Below are positions 22,735-34,916 of a stretch of DNA of 64,000 nt, in pieces; positions within the stretch are counted from its first letter, which is position 1, and the number at the start of each line of letters is the position of its first letter. A program made the position numbers and the translations under genes. Location: assembly GCA_963834385.1 (NCBI GenBank), contig CAWIBO010000005.1, positions 748,415 to 812,414 on the forward strand, read 5' to 3'. The stretch is from an uncultured Verrucomicrobiae bacterium. Lineage in GTDB: Bacteria > Verrucomicrobiota > Verrucomicrobiia > Chthoniobacterales > UBA10450. The notes below the pieces were generated by a model. That model did not search any database, was not told the DNA's origin, and was given only the letters and a program-made list of their open reading frames with translations.

Positions 22735-23429
22735 TGAAACAGCCGGGAAAATGCCGCGCCATAACCGGTAGTGCATAGGTGCGAGGATCAGTTCGACGGC
22801 GGAATAACTCCGGGTGAATGGCAGTGGATATAAAATGAGTGGGGAAAGGAAGCGGGCGCCGGGAGAACAAGATTATATTCTGAGCATAGTAATATGGCAC
22901 TTCGGGATTCGACCAGACAGACGGGCGAATCGGGTCGTAGGCCGTAAATCCACGCTTCTTGAATTTTTCGATCCAATAGTCCTGGGGTTGCTCATTGATG
23001 TGATCAAACCCCCCCTGGCAAGGGATTGCCGCCGAAAAAAGCACGGTTTCCCCGTGTGTAGTTAAAGACTCGATAAACGAGTCGGCGCACGCAGCCGGAA
23101 GGTGCTCGGCCACCTCCAGACTGACAACCAGATCGAAGCCGGCCAGCCGAAGGTCGTCTCAAATCATGAGCGCTAAAGTCCGTCCTCGGGATAACCAGCT
23201 TATCCAGGGGCACCCAATCCCCGTCTACCCCAAAAATTTCCCTTGCACCTTGATTCTTAAATTCGGCTAACCAAAGGCCGACTCCGCATCCTACATCCAA
23301 TACGCTGGCAAACTCAATCTTCTCCCGCACCAAAGGTACAACGATCTGCGCCGCCCGCCGGGCCGGATGATCGGAAGCGTCCATGTAACCATAACCGGCG
23401 GCTAAATGTTCGGCTTTAAGGTTAGTCAT
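22700..23429 (-). CDS. Class I SAM-dependent methyltransferase (frameshifted; 3' end approximate)
   Basis: SVLDVGCGVGLWL, GVDG, EVAEHL, FSAAIPCQGG..HINEQ. Confidence 0.82.
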
Positions 23430-23517
23430 TCTGTCCTAGTTACTCAATCAAGCCAAGCAAATGTGTCACTAGTAGGCCAACGCCCCCACGAGGAGCTGTT
23501 GTAATGTATTCCATCTT

Positions 23518-24701
23518 CTACGCCCTAGGAATTGATGGACGGCTAGACGCAAGCTTTTCATCGACAGCCATACTAAATAAATGCTCATACGCTGCCGCCA
23601 TTCGTTCCTGCGTGAATTCACGAAAAACTCGGCTTTGGCCGTTCCGTCCCATCGCCGCAGCCCGTTCCGGTTCCTCAATTAGGTACCCAATTTTTGCCGC
23701 GATGTCTAGAGGTTCCCCAGGATCGAACAGCAAACCGGTCTCCCCATCAATCACCACTTCCGGCAACCCACCGCGCGCGCTGGCGACAACTGGCAAGGCA
23801 AAGGCAGCCGCCTCCGCTGCGACCATTCCAAATGGCTCTTCAACAAGCTGGGCACGACGGCAATATCGAAATTCGGATAGATTTCCGATAATTCTGCTTT
23901 GTAACCCGGCCACGCACAGAGTTCAGCAATGTGAAGCTTCGGCACGACGCTTTAGTGATTCAATAAACTGCGGATGCCCATCCCCAAAGATTTGCAGCGT
24001 CACTCGCGCTTTCCGAGCGAGCAGAAGAGCAACCGCTTCCAAGAGCTGAGAGTGACCTTTATGCGGCGCGATCTGACCAACAATTCCTAGCCGAACAGAC
24101 TGTTTTTCAGTCTGCGGTTTTGCATCTCTACTCGCGGAGATAAGTGCAGCGCTTTCTTCACTTACCACGCCATTCCAAACAACATGCAACTGCTTTTTTG
24201 GAATCCCCAGTCGCAAGAGGTGCGTCCTCATGAAGTGCGATACCGTTACGAACCCAGTCAGCTTGGCTGAAAACAATCGATACAACACTCGTCGAGTATT
24301 GGTCGTCCCAGGGGATGAGTGTTCGATAAGAAACATGCATTCCTGTCGGATGACGGGGAAAAAGCGCCAAAACATGTCGCCACGTTGTAAAAATCACCAC
24401 CTCGGGTTTGAAGGCTCTGACCAGTTTGATCCATCGCCACCAAAGATAGGGTACTGCGCACGACCACCTGAAAGGTCCACCACAATGGCTGGAGGGCTAA
24501 ACGCTTTCCTAGAAAGCCGAGAGGCAACCTGGAACTCCGGTAATCCCAATCTTTGATAATCGGCGATTGAATTCACCATCCGTCCAAATACTGGTGACCG
24601 CGATTTGTTCGTGGCCGCTGCTTGAGCCCCTCAAGCATTTTCAACGTCACGGTTTCGGCGCCGAAGACGTTGCTCGAGACACAAACGGTCAAAATTCGCA
24701 C
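23518..24701 (-). CDS. Glycosyltransferase family 4 (several frameshifts)
   Basis: MRILTV..SNVFGAE, VGQIAPHKG, EEPFGMVAAEA, GGLPEVVIDGETG. Confidence 0.8.
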
Positions 24702-24711
24702 TGGGTTAATC

Positions 24712-25888
24712 TTAACTTAACACTTTCGAGACCGCTTGGCAGAGTGTTTCCTCCGTCATAGCAATATCAAAGCGCTGCGCCTCTTTAAATAGCACATTGC
24801 GATCCCCAGCTTCGTCAAGCAGTGCGCGAAGCTTCGCCCCGAAGTCACTGCCGTTCAGCTCCGTAAAAACGTCCCCGATCTGCCTGTTCCTTACTACATC
24901 AGGAGCGCATCCGACCCTATCGCTAATCAAGACCCGTCGGCCGCATGCGATCGCCTCGTTGACGGCAAGTCCCCATGTTTCATTGCGGGCCGAAGGGAGA
25001 ACGAGAACATCACCGACCCGATAAACAATCGGCATCTTCGTCTGATTCTGGAAGGGAAGAATGCGAAACATATTGGGCGACGTGGCAGCAATCTTGGTGA
25101 TTTCGCCTCCCAAAGCGCCGTCCCCAACAAGCACCAACGTGAAATTGGGGATTTCGAGACGACGTATTGCCTCCATGAGCTCTATCGGTCGCTCAGGCTC
25201 AAATTTGCCTGCAAAACAGCAGCACTCGGGTGGTTGCTGCAATGCCGTGCCCCTTACGCCAGACACCCGCTTCACGCTCAAGTTCGTTGTTGGCTCGGCG
25301 AACCGATTCACTTCTATCGAATGAGGACAATAGAACAGTTTCGATTCAGGCACGCCGAGAGCACGATAATAGTCGTAATTGTGTCTTCCCACATAAAGGC
25401 AGCCAGCCATCCATGAGAAAGATCCTAGACAGCCCATACCGTTTCAAATTCCAGCGCCAGCCCGGGCTACGATCGAGTAAATGCGAATCACCCCGGAATA
25501 AGACCGGGATTTTTCTTTTGTAAAAGTAACGTGCCGCCTTCAAGTGCGAACAGAACGGATACCCGGTTAGGTGCACAGCATCCGGCGCCCAATGGTCTAT
25601 TCCGTGGACCAAACTCGGATTGCGCAGCCCCCAGAAATGATGAGTTCCAGGCCGGCGCGCCCTGTTAGCGACAAGCTCGAAGTCGTATGCTTCAGTTAAT
25701 GGAATATCCCACTTAATTTCACATCCAAATCCATGATCAAGACTCGCTTGGTTAGCGGCGTGCCATGTAAAAAAGACCTTTATCTCAATATCTGATCGCG
25801 CAGCTAAGCGTTGATAAAGAGGCACATAGTATTGAATGGGATGTGAGACAATGATCGCTAGTCGAGGCGTCTTTTGTCGATTCGCCAT
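24712..25888 (-). CDS. Glycosyltransferase family 4 (frameshifted)
   Basis: SHPIQYYVP, WDIPL, ETWGLAVNEAIACG. Confidence 0.88.
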
Positions 25889-25891
25889 TGC

Positions 25892-27100
25892 TTAAATGTA
25901 AGGTGCCACCGCGGCGGAGACCGCCTTTCGGTATTTCTCCCAGCGGCAGCTTTCCGCGATTTTGCGAGCAGCTGTTTTCATCTTTCCCAGCCGATCTCGC
26001 TCGTCGGAGATCGTGCGAAACGCATGAACTAAGGCGTCGATATCCCCTGTGGGAAGGATTTGACCTGCTCCGTCCTTCGTCAACTCGGGACCGGCACCAC
26101 TGGATTCGGAGGCGATGAACGGCAAACCACATGCCATCGCTTCGAGCAACACTAAGCCAAGACCTTCGAAGAAGGACGGAAATACAAATACATCAGCGCG
26201 GCGATAGAGTTCGCGCAATTCCAACTGCGAGCAGGGCCCAACGTAATGTATATTTCCGGAGATCATTCTCACATGATCTGCCAGATTCCACCGTCCTACG
26301 ATAGTTAGTTCAGCTTCCGCCAAATTCGCTTTGCGCCAAGCCTCGAGCAAAACATGCGCTCCCTTGCGCAACGAGACCTGCCCAACAAAGATGAATTCTA
26401 ATGGCGCTTGCCCCTGGGTGCCGTGCCCAGGCCTCCAAAATTCTGCGTCTACCCCATAAGGGGCGAGGGCACACTTTTTGTCGATATATTGGCGGATTGT
26501 TTTCTCGACGAAATAGCTCGGCGCCAAAACAAGGTCCGCCAGCTCCATCTCCGCGCTTTTTTGCTCCGGCCTGACAAACCGGCGTGACGACAAACCCCCG
26601 GTAGGAAGCCAATCACCGTTGGTACGCACAAGATACTTCTCCACTTCTTGCCAGGCCCGGTGATATCCAATCGGCATATCATAGATGCAGGCCTTATTCA
26701 TTCTTTTGGCCGCTTGAAACGCCCACAGTGATGCATCCTCATAAGAGTGAACCGCCGTCACGGAGCGGCGACGCGCGCCTCTTGCCATCGTGCGCATGAG
26801 CCAGTCGTTTACTTGATAAGAGAGCGCTTCACTGTCTCGACCTAATGCCCGTTGCGCCAAGCGCACAATTTCCCCGGGGCGTCCCTGAATCTTCGGGACC
26901 GACGCCAATAATTCAAACCGCCGTCGCTCCAGCCGTCCGACCAGCGCCTGAAGCGGAAACGTGGCCTGAAGAATCCGCAGACTCAGCCGACTAGGAAACC
27001 AAGGAACCACAAACGCATCGAGCCGGCCCGCTTCTTCATGAGCAAGCGCGGCATGATGAGCATTTGGATTTCCCGTCTGATGGCCAAATAAGATAGCCAT
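25892..27100 (-). CDS. Glycosyltransferase family 4
   Basis: FVGQVSLRKG, FPSFFEGLGLVLLEAMACGLP. Confidence 0.92.
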   Translation of the reverse strand: MAILFGHQTGNPNAHHAALAHEEAGRLDAFVVPWFPSRLSLRILQATFPLQALVGRLERRRFELLASVPKIQGRPGEIVRLAQRALGRDSEALSYQVNDWLMRTMARGARRRSVTAVHSYEDASLWAFQAAKRMNKACIYDMPIGYHRAWQEVEKYLVRTNGDWLPTGGLSSRRFVRPEQKSAEMELADLVLAPSYFVEKTIRQYIDKKCALAPYGVDAEFWRPGHGTQGQAPLEFIFVGQVSLRKGAHVLLEAWRKANLAEAELTIVGRWNLADHVRMISGNIHYVGPCSQLELRELYRRADVFVFPSFFEGLGLVLLEAMACGLPFIASESSGAGPELTKDGAGQILPTGDIDALVHAFRTISDERDRLGKMKTAARKIAESCRWEKYRKAVSAAVAPYI

Positions 27101-27103
27101 GAT

Positions 27104-27988
27104 TCACTTTTGGAAAACAATCAGCAATTCGTCGCCGGTTAAGGATAATTGGATTGAGTTCGCCCGATCCCACGCGGCAATCTCCGTGAGGTTGTAGGGA
27201 TGCGAAGCAACCAGATAAGGAACATCCCCGAGATTACGCTGACAAAACCGCTCCATCCAACAACTGTGGATGTACGAACCCCCATCGGCTATGCCAATCC
27301 TCCGGTCCGACCCTGCGATTAATCTCACTGCCGTTCGGAGTAAACGCCACAAAGAGTCCGCCCGGGCCGCAAGAGCTTCTGGCCTGCTCGAAAACGTCCA
27401 GCACATTCGGAACACTGCTCAAGAACGTGCGCGGAGAAGAAACAATCAAAGGACGACATGATCTCTTCCGGGCAGTCAACTGCGTCCAGGCCGAGCCGCG
27501 CTTTCGCAAAGGCGCAACGCGGCTTCGAAATTTCGAATCCCTGCACCACAAATCCCGCTTCCTGGATTTGCCATGTGCCATACCCCCACGAACATCCGAA
27601 ATCAAGAATGTGCGCACCGGGCGGGAGCCCGAGCGCCCGCAGAATCTCCAGGTATCCTGAATAGTCTTTCGTGCTGCCCTTGAAATGGGTCGCAAGCAAA
27701 TCGTCGAGTACCTGAGATGAGGGAAGTTCCGTTGTGAATCCTTGAGAATATTCCATCTGATAGAAATCACGGCTTTCGACTTCGGACAGGGTTGGTGTAC
27801 GAAAAAGCAATTCGCACTGGGGACATCGTCTCAGAAAGGTCACGAGCTTCTTGCGGTCCACCGCTATCGACTGACGCCCTCCGCAGCTTGGGCATGCCGT
27901 TCGGCTGCGCGTGAGAAGACCCTGCAATCCGTGCGCGAAAGGACTGCGCTCGTCCTAGGAGATTCTGCGTCACTTTAAGACCGCTCAT
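27104..27988 (-). CDS. Class I SAM methyltransferase with N-terminal CxxC pairs (frameshifted)
   Basis: CPSCG, CPQC, ILDFGCSWGYG, HVLE, FTPNG, WGFVHP. Confidence 0.8.
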
Positions 27989-28020
27989 GCGTGGACGAAT
28001 CATTCGGATCATCATTTAAT

Positions 28021-29607
28021 TTATCCGGTTTTGCGCAACTTCATTGAGAGAAGGTCTGCGATTCGAATCGATAAGGCTATGGCCGTGAGCGTTGGACTCG
28101 AGCAACCACCAGTTGGGAAAACCGCGCTGCTTCCGACATACAGGTTCTCCAACCCATGTACTCGGCAGGTTCGATCCACTACACCTTGACGCGGGTCTTC
28201 GCTCATCCGCGTTGTGCCCATATGGTGAAACATGTCCGAAACCACACCGTTCCACGCTTCGCTATCCGTTTGATCAGGCAACGTTAGTTCGATTCTCCCT
28301 ATCCCCAAACGCGCGAGCTCTTTCGCCGCGGCCTCCGCAAACGTGGTGATTGATCTCCATGTCATTTCCGATGGCTGCCAATGAATGTTCGTCCGCGGCA
28401 TCCCGAGAGCATCCTTCTCTTCTGAGAGAGTGACCCGGCATTCCGCATCCGGTTCCTGTTCGCAGTGTGCTTCGAGATAAATCCGCCCCGACGCAGGTGT
28501 GTAGGATCGTCGCCTGACGAACCGCCGCCATGCGATCGGACCGAGATGGATCAATCCACCGATGGCTTGAAGAGCCGATGTGCCAAAGTTGGCGGAGCGT
28601 TGACCCCGCAGGAGCGCACCGGCCACGCGCTTGGCCTCCGCTACCTTTGATTCCGAGGGCCATGCAAAACAGATGTTCCCGATGACATTCAGAATTTTGC
28701 GTTCCTTTTGCAGTTCGTCTGTCGCCCGAAGCTTGGGGAGAAACTTCACCCCACCCCGGTAATACTGTTCAAATAAGTCCTGCAATCGCTCGCGCGAGTT
28801 GGCGTGGATTGGACCGCACGTTATCGCCACATGATCCTGGAAGGACCTTCCGACCAGATCGTGCCGGTTGCCCAGACCATTGGATTCCGCACTCCGCGCA
28901 CTGAGGAGTAGGCGGGCCGTTTCAATTCCGCCGGCACACAAAACGAAGTAGCGGGCCCTAACGGACGAAGATCGCCCGGACAGCGACTTGATTTTTATTT
29001 CCGCTACTGCGTTAACGCCGCTATTCGCGAGAATATCGACAACGTTCGCCCGTAAGAGCACGTCCACATTCGTTGAACGGGAGAATTTTGAACGGTAGGC
29101 CTCCGCGAAATTGGGCTGTGGACTCCACTGCGAATACACGCGTTCGATCGTATCGTCGGAAAAGTCCAGGGGCGGCGCTCGCAAGATTGCCGAGCGACTT
29201 TCATCATAGGGGGCCCCGTCCACCCGCAGGACAGCAGCCGCACGTCGGTAATAGTTTTGGAGCTCGCTCGACGACAACGGCCAGCCACTTTGCGCAACCC
29301 ATGAGCGCTTCTCGAAATCGATTGGAAACAGCTCAAGGGCCTGCCCTCCCCAAAGGGTGGTAGTTCCACCATGCACACGAGCGCGCCCTTTATGTGCTCC
29401 CGGCAGCGGAAGTCCGCTCCAGAAACTGCGGTGAAGGTCGGCTGTCGAGGAATCCTCCTTCACGCCTCCGCTCTCCAAGATGATGACCTTGTGAGGGCTC
29501 TGCAGAAACTCCAACCCGATCGAAGTCCCGCATGCGCCGCTGCCCACAATGCATATGTCACATTCAAAGGGCCTGTTGGGTTCAAGGCTATCGAAATCAA
29601 CAATCAT
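28021..29607 (-). CDS. GMC-family FAD oxidoreductase
   Basis: IVGSGACG, GGTTTLWGG, AGGIETARLLL, HHMGTTRM, PTLT. Confidence 0.92.
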   Translation of the reverse strand: MIVDFDSLEPNRPFECDICIVGSGACGTSIGLEFLQSPHKVIILESGGVKEDSSTADLHRSFWSGLPLPGAHKGRARVHGGTTTLWGGQALELFPIDFEKRSWVAQSGWPLSSSELQNYYRRAAAVLRVDGAPYDESRSAILRAPPLDFSDDTIERVYSQWSPQPNFAEAYRSKFSRSTNVDVLLRANVVDILANSGVNAVAEIKIKSLSGRSSSVRARYFVLCAGGIETARLLLSARSAESNGLGNRHDLVGRSFQDHVAITCGPIHANSRERLQDLFEQYYRGGVKFLPKLRATDELQKERKILNVIGNICFAWPSESKVAEAKRVAGALLRGQRSANFGTSALQAIGGLIHLGPIAWRRFVRRRSYTPASGRIYLEAHCEQEPDAECRVTLSEEKDALGMPRTNIHWQPSEMTWRSITTFAEAAAKELARLGIGRIELTLPDQTDSEAWNGVVSDMFHHMGTTRMSEDPRQGVVDRTCRVHGLENLYVGSSAVFPTGGCSSPTLTAIALSIRIADLLSMKLRKTG

Positions 29608-30588
29608 TTCGGAATCTGATACTTCGCTGAATCCGCCTGCACCAATGCAGCAAACATTGCCAACTGCTCTTCGGCAAACTGCGCGCTCGCAACTGCATCA
29701 ACATTCCGTTCCAAGTGCTCCTCCAAATGGGTTGAGAAAAGCACCACACCTTTCGGGTTGGTACTCGTAGCATGACAAAGCATTAATTGGGCGATTACGT
29801 CGCTAGCCGAGCAATCCACCTGCAACGTGTCGGACCAACGGCGGGTCATTGCCGGATCGGTCTGCAGACAGGCGCGCAATTGCGTGAAGACGACCCGAAT
29901 GGACGGTGAGAAATAATTCCCCACTCCGCGCCACTCGGCATGCGCTCCACCTTGGGCTCCAGCACATCACTCTCGAATTGGAGGATCTGGGCCACCTTCG
30001 GATTGTGCGAAACAATCTTGCGGACCCGCTCGAATTCAGCGCCGATCCCAAAGCAACGGATGTTCCCTTTGTCGACCTGACCGTGGAGAAATTCGACCAG
30101 TTCATCCGACACGGCTTCAGGCGTGTCGGGTTCGTGGATCAGATAAATGTCGATGTATCCGGTGTGCAGAGAGCGCAGGCTCGCCTCGAGACTTTTGGCC
30201 GCATCTGCCACCGTGAACGCGTCCCGCCGGACGAGTTTGGCAGTTTGCCGCGCCAGGACCTTTCGGACAGGTGCGATTTGGCGAACAACTTTCCTGGCCA
30301 ACCCAACGAGACCCGTGAACCCGGCGACCCGTGGCGGCTGGATCCCGAATTTGGTGGTCACCGTCACCTGGTCGCGCTTTGGGGCTACGAATTCAGCCAA
30401 GATTTGCTCCGCTTCGCCATAGCCGTAGGAAGGCGCGGTGTCGTAATGCCGAATCCCCAGATCAAGCGCGCTCCAATAACGCAACAGGCGCTCCCTTTCG
30501 TCGAAAGCCGGAGCAGACTTGTCGTGCCGAAACCCAAACAAGTCGTTGGAGGCAAGTTTGGGGCGAGTTGAGAAAACGGAAGTGTCAT
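29604..30588 (-). CDS. Aldo/keto reductase (frameshifted)
   Basis: LGFGT, GIRHYDTAPSYGYGEAE, TTKFGI, SLRSL...IDIYLIHE. Confidence 0.88.
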
Positions 30589-30595
30589 TAGCTCA

Positions 30596-31889
30596 CTATC
30601 CTTGTGACCGCATCGATAAGACTTGCTCGAATAATTCCGCATGACGTTGCGCCATGGCGGGCGCGAGGTGTTCCTCAATGAATTCGCGGCGAGCGTATTT
30701 CCGGTGATCCTTGACCGCGCAGAGGAAATCACGGACGTCGTTCAATCCTGCCTTATCGGCACCGCCGTCGCTGAAGTGAATCAGGTTGCCCAACGGTGAG
30801 ACGGCATTGAAATATCGATTCGCGTGTGACTCTTTGTGTAGACAGACCAGGAGCGGTTTCCCGGTCAGCGCATAGGTAAAAAGCTTCGACGGCATATACG
30901 CAGGATCGTCCACCCCCAAGATTATCAAACCATCGGCCGCGGCTATGGATTTCATGGCCGCCGGATATGTAATCCTGGCTGGCTCTTCAAAAATCACGTC
31001 TTGCAAGCCGTAGCTTGACGCCAACTCACCAAGAAATCTGGGCTGATTGGGCTGCCATTCACTGTCTGTCCCCAAAAATTCAATTCGAATATCAGTGATC
31101 AACTCCGGTTCCTTCACACGAATCTTCCGGAAAGTTTCGGCAATTTTATGAAACGATTTCGCCATGATTGCGCCGCCGGCGCCGACATACACAACTTTCA
31201 GGGGTTTTCGTCCAGTGCCGGGCCCGGTGAGCGCCAGATCTCGCTCAAAAGCCGCGAAGGGCAGAACTCGGCAGCGTTTTTCCTGCAGGGCGGTGGCCTT
31301 TGGATAGCGCCGGCGCAACTGCTTCACATATTCTGGCGAAACCGCCACCAGTCCGGAAGCGCGCTGCACAGCATATCGCTCGAGGATTTCGCCAGAAACA
31401 TGGTGACTCGGAACTTCACTTTGTGCTCCGTCGTTACGTAACGGACGGCGTCCCGGGCCCATGGATCTTGAAAATCCAGAATGTAAGGAACACCGGTTTT
31501 CCTGCGCCATAGGCCTCCCAGACAAAAAAAATTGAATTGCGCCGTGGAGAAATAGACCAAATCGAATTGCCTCTCACGCAAAAAAAGAAGAGCGAGTCCT
31601 GTTTTTCTGATATAATGGCCAAAAAGGCGCGCCAGCCGATTCCGCGAATGTTGAAGGCTTTGAAGATCAACGCCTTTCCGGGATCCACCACATGGACAGG
31701 AGTGGCTGGATTGAACAACCCTGCGGCCTGATCATCAATCGCGTCTGGCCGATGAAATCGGCTACTGGGCGCGAGTATCTCGACATCCCATCCAAGACGG
31801 GGCAGTTCCCACGCCAGCATCCTGGCCCGATGCGCATCGGCTGTCATAGCCGGGAAGGAAGAGCTCGTGACAATCAGAACGCGTTTCAT
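30596..31889 (-). CDS. Glycosyltransferase-like protein, GT-B (frameshifted)
   Basis: KRVLIV..FP....HRAR, LDFQDPW, YVGAGG, YMPSKLFTY. Confidence 0.75.
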
Positions 31890-32932
31890 GAAAGACGGCC
31901 CATCTCACTATTGCTACCTTGGGCCCAAAAACGGGGCAGCGCGCTCCAGGAAAAGATTGAAACTCCGCGCGCCCACCCAAGCCGCAGCGGAATCAGATCA
32001 CGCCGGCGAAACCGTTTCCCTTCGACGGAATTGCCCAACATCAGCGTTTCTTCAAACGCCGCTGTGCTGGCTCGCAGCCAAAGGCTTTGCGCATTCCCAT
32101 CGCTTCTGTTTGGAAAGTAAGAATCAAAGTCAGGCAGTGTCCGTTGCAGGTAATGGCCCGGCCACAACACTTCCCACCGACTGCTCTCCATCAGCATTGC
32201 TTGCACAATGTATTGCTCACCCCAATTTAGCCCGTCGTCCTTGACCCATGATAGCGGGTATTCAAAGGGTAAAAAGATATCGTGAATGTGCACGATAACA
32301 CCGCCCGGCACTTCGGGAAGCACGCGCCCATAGATGTAGGCTACGTCGTTAGCCGGAGTTACTTCATGTGTTGTATCAATAAACAGTATATCCCCTGCCG
32401 AGAGATTTTGCGTAATTTCTTTGTGATCGAGCGTTTCGACGGCCTTTCGCACAACGAAATTGGCCATGTTGGATATCTCCACGCGCGGCTCAGGATCGAT
32501 ACATTGATGATGACAAGACAAAGTCTCGTCGAGAATAGCCTGTCTAATGACTCGCGTGCTGTTACCACAGCCTATTTCGATTATTTGTCTGGGGCGGGCC
32601 TGTCGAACGAGCGTATAAAGGACTTCCGCATCAGGTGACTTAAAGAAACCGTTACTGAATTGATAGCCGAAATCGTTTCTCGTGCTGTCGCGAAAGCTTT
32701 CAAACCGTTTTGCGTGCATCGGCAATAACGCGAGGATGTCCCGAAATTTTTGTGATTGGAACACAGGCGGAATCGGGTAGACCGTCCCTTCAAAATCACC
32801 TCGCATAGCCGCCGCCTCCAGTCGGCTTTGGCGAGTTTCCGCACGCATCGCTGTTCGAGTGTGTATAGTGAGATTCAAGGGCGTCAGCATCCTATCCAGG
32901 CAGTTAAGGCCGCTGCGCAACATTGCTTTCAT
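31886..32932 (-). CDS. Class I SAM-dependent methyltransferase
   Basis: IEIGCGNST, IDPEPR, LFIDTTH, HIHDIFLP. Confidence 0.88.
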   Translation of the reverse strand: MKAMLRSGLNCLDRMLTPLNLTIHTRTAMRAETRQSRLEAAAMRGDFEGTVYPIPPVFQSQKFRDILALLPMHAKRFESFRDSTRNDFGYQFSNGFFKSPDAEVLYTLVRQARPRQIIEIGCGNSTRVIRQAILDETLSCHHQCIDPEPRVEISNMANFVVRKAVETLDHKEITQNLSAGDILFIDTTHEVTPANDVAYIYGRVLPEVPGGVIVHIHDIFLPFEYPLSWVKDDGLNWGEQYIVQAMLMESSRWEVLWPGHYLQRTLPDFDSYFPNRSDGNAQSLWLRASTAAFEETLMLGNSVEGKRFRRRDLIPLRLGWARGVSIFSWSALPRFWAQGSNSEMGRLS

Positions 32933-33800
32933 GCTTGCTTAAAGTTTTTGGCGCGTCGCCCAAAGATTCGATTCCATTACAGGTGCTCCCGACTCATAAG
33001 GGAATCCGTTGATGTCATAAAGATTGAAACCACAGTTGCGCAGGATGGCAATTGCCCTCTGACTTTTCCCGTTCGGCGACGTCCCCCATTAGAACCTCCA
33101 GGATAATGTTATCAACCCTTTCCAACGCTGATCCCAAGCCTGTTAACACTTCCGCCTCGTACCCTTCAGCATCAATCTTTAATAGTTTGATAGAAATCAC
33201 TTCGCTTGGCGGGGGAATGATTTTCATCCAACCTCACCATCGGCACACAAAATATTTGACGCAGATCGTTGGGCTCGGCAATGCTACCGACAATCGCGCT
33301 TTGTCACTAGCGGACTGGTTGTGTAAGCGAACGTGGGCAACAGATTTAGCGCCAGCCAACGCTACGTGAAGCACAAGATTCTCAAAGCTGTTAGCCTGCC
33401 AGTTAGTCAAGATTTTTTCACAATTGTAAGGCTGAGGTTCAACCGCGATGACTTGCCCTTCAGCGCCTATACATTTCCTCGCTACTAGCGTAAGGAAGCC
33501 AACATGCGCCCCGATATCCACGTATACATCTCCCGGGTGCAGCAGGCGTTCAAATAATTGGGCGGTTTTCGGCTCCGTGGCTTGGCCCGATAAAAGCGTG
33601 ATTTGCGTCCATTCCAAAGGATCCAGAAACATCTTGAAGTCGATTGGCACGCGGCTCGGTCGGGGGCGCAGGTGCTCTCGCAAATATTTCTCTAGCCGTG
33701 ACTTCCCTCTGAACTTAGGTAGTCGCAAAACGAAGCAGTAAACTTTGTAGATCATCATCAGTAGTTTTTTGCCAACGCGCGCCGCTCTTCTTTGTAACAC
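32929..33800 (-). CDS. FkbM-family methyltransferase (frameshifted; boundaries approximate)
   Basis: VDIGAHVG, AVEPQP, KIDAEGYE. Confidence 0.85.
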
Positions 33801-33967
33801 CGGAACTTTAGAGCGTCGAACGTGCGAGCACGAACCAATTAAGGTAATTTACTTTGCCACCGAAGCGACAGTCAGCTGGCGACAGCTTCTTCGCATGGGC
33901 ACGTCGCTGAAATCTGCAGCGACGATGACGCGCCTAAGCTCGCGCAATAAGATGGCACAGCTCGGGC

Positions 33968-34763
33968 TCAGAGACGTAATTTGGCGGTTTCCTCCTGTTC
34001 CAGTACCCAAGTGGTGTAGCCCAGCTTGACGATCCGCTCATTACATTCCCGCGCGAGTGCGCGAGTATGAATCTCTATAAACAGAGCAGGCTTTTGCTTC
34101 TCCAGCAGGTCCTCCCTGGAGGACAAGTGCCTCTGCACCTTCGACATCAATTTTCACAACCGTCACGCGACCAAGAGCGCGAGTTTCTGCGAAGTGGTCA
34201 ATCGTTTCTAACCCAACTTCAATGGCTTCGCCGGCGGACTGGTCCGGCTGAAAACTACTGGCCGATAATTTTGCCATACTCGTTTCGGGCATGATGCGGA
34301 GGGTAGTCCGACCCACCACATCCCCCACGGCGGTTTCAACCAGTTCGATCGGGAGATTGGGGTTTAGTTCAATCATTCTTTTAATCCGCTCCGCATTCGC
34401 GGGCAGTGGTTCGAGTATAAACACCTTCGCCGCCCCTGCCTGAGCCATGACACCGCTCAAAAATCCGTGCCAACCACCAACGTCCAAGCAAATGTCGCCG
34501 GGCTTGACCGCTTCTGCGATGCCGGTCGCCAACTCTACCTCGTAAGTTCCGGTCCAAATCCCTTTGTCGTGAGGCAATTTGATTGGATAATTAAGACCGC
34601 GCGCCGGTCCGGCATCGACAGTGTGAGTAAACTCCTGGCCCTCTACGAATCTCTTAAGCAGATTCCTCTGCAGAAGCGCGACTAAAGGGAGTCTTTTAAT
34701 TGTGCTAAGCTTCCAGGGAATGAGCCGAATACTTTTACGCAAGAAAGTTCTCATTTCCTTCAT
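33968..34763 (-). CDS. FkbM-family methyltransferase (3' end uncertain)
   Basis: LDVGGWHG, LEPLPAN, KIDVEGAE, P.LFIEIH. Confidence 0.85.
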
Positions 34764-34916
34764 TCGCTAAAGCGTGGCCTGCCGTACAGATCTTCCATAC
34801 AGTTTTCCGGCACTCCAATGTGAATGAGACCCCTTCCAAAGGAAAAACGTCATTTCCACTCACGCAGATAAAAAGTGAAAGTTGCCAAACGAGGCAATTA
34901 GGTTTTGCATCCGAAA

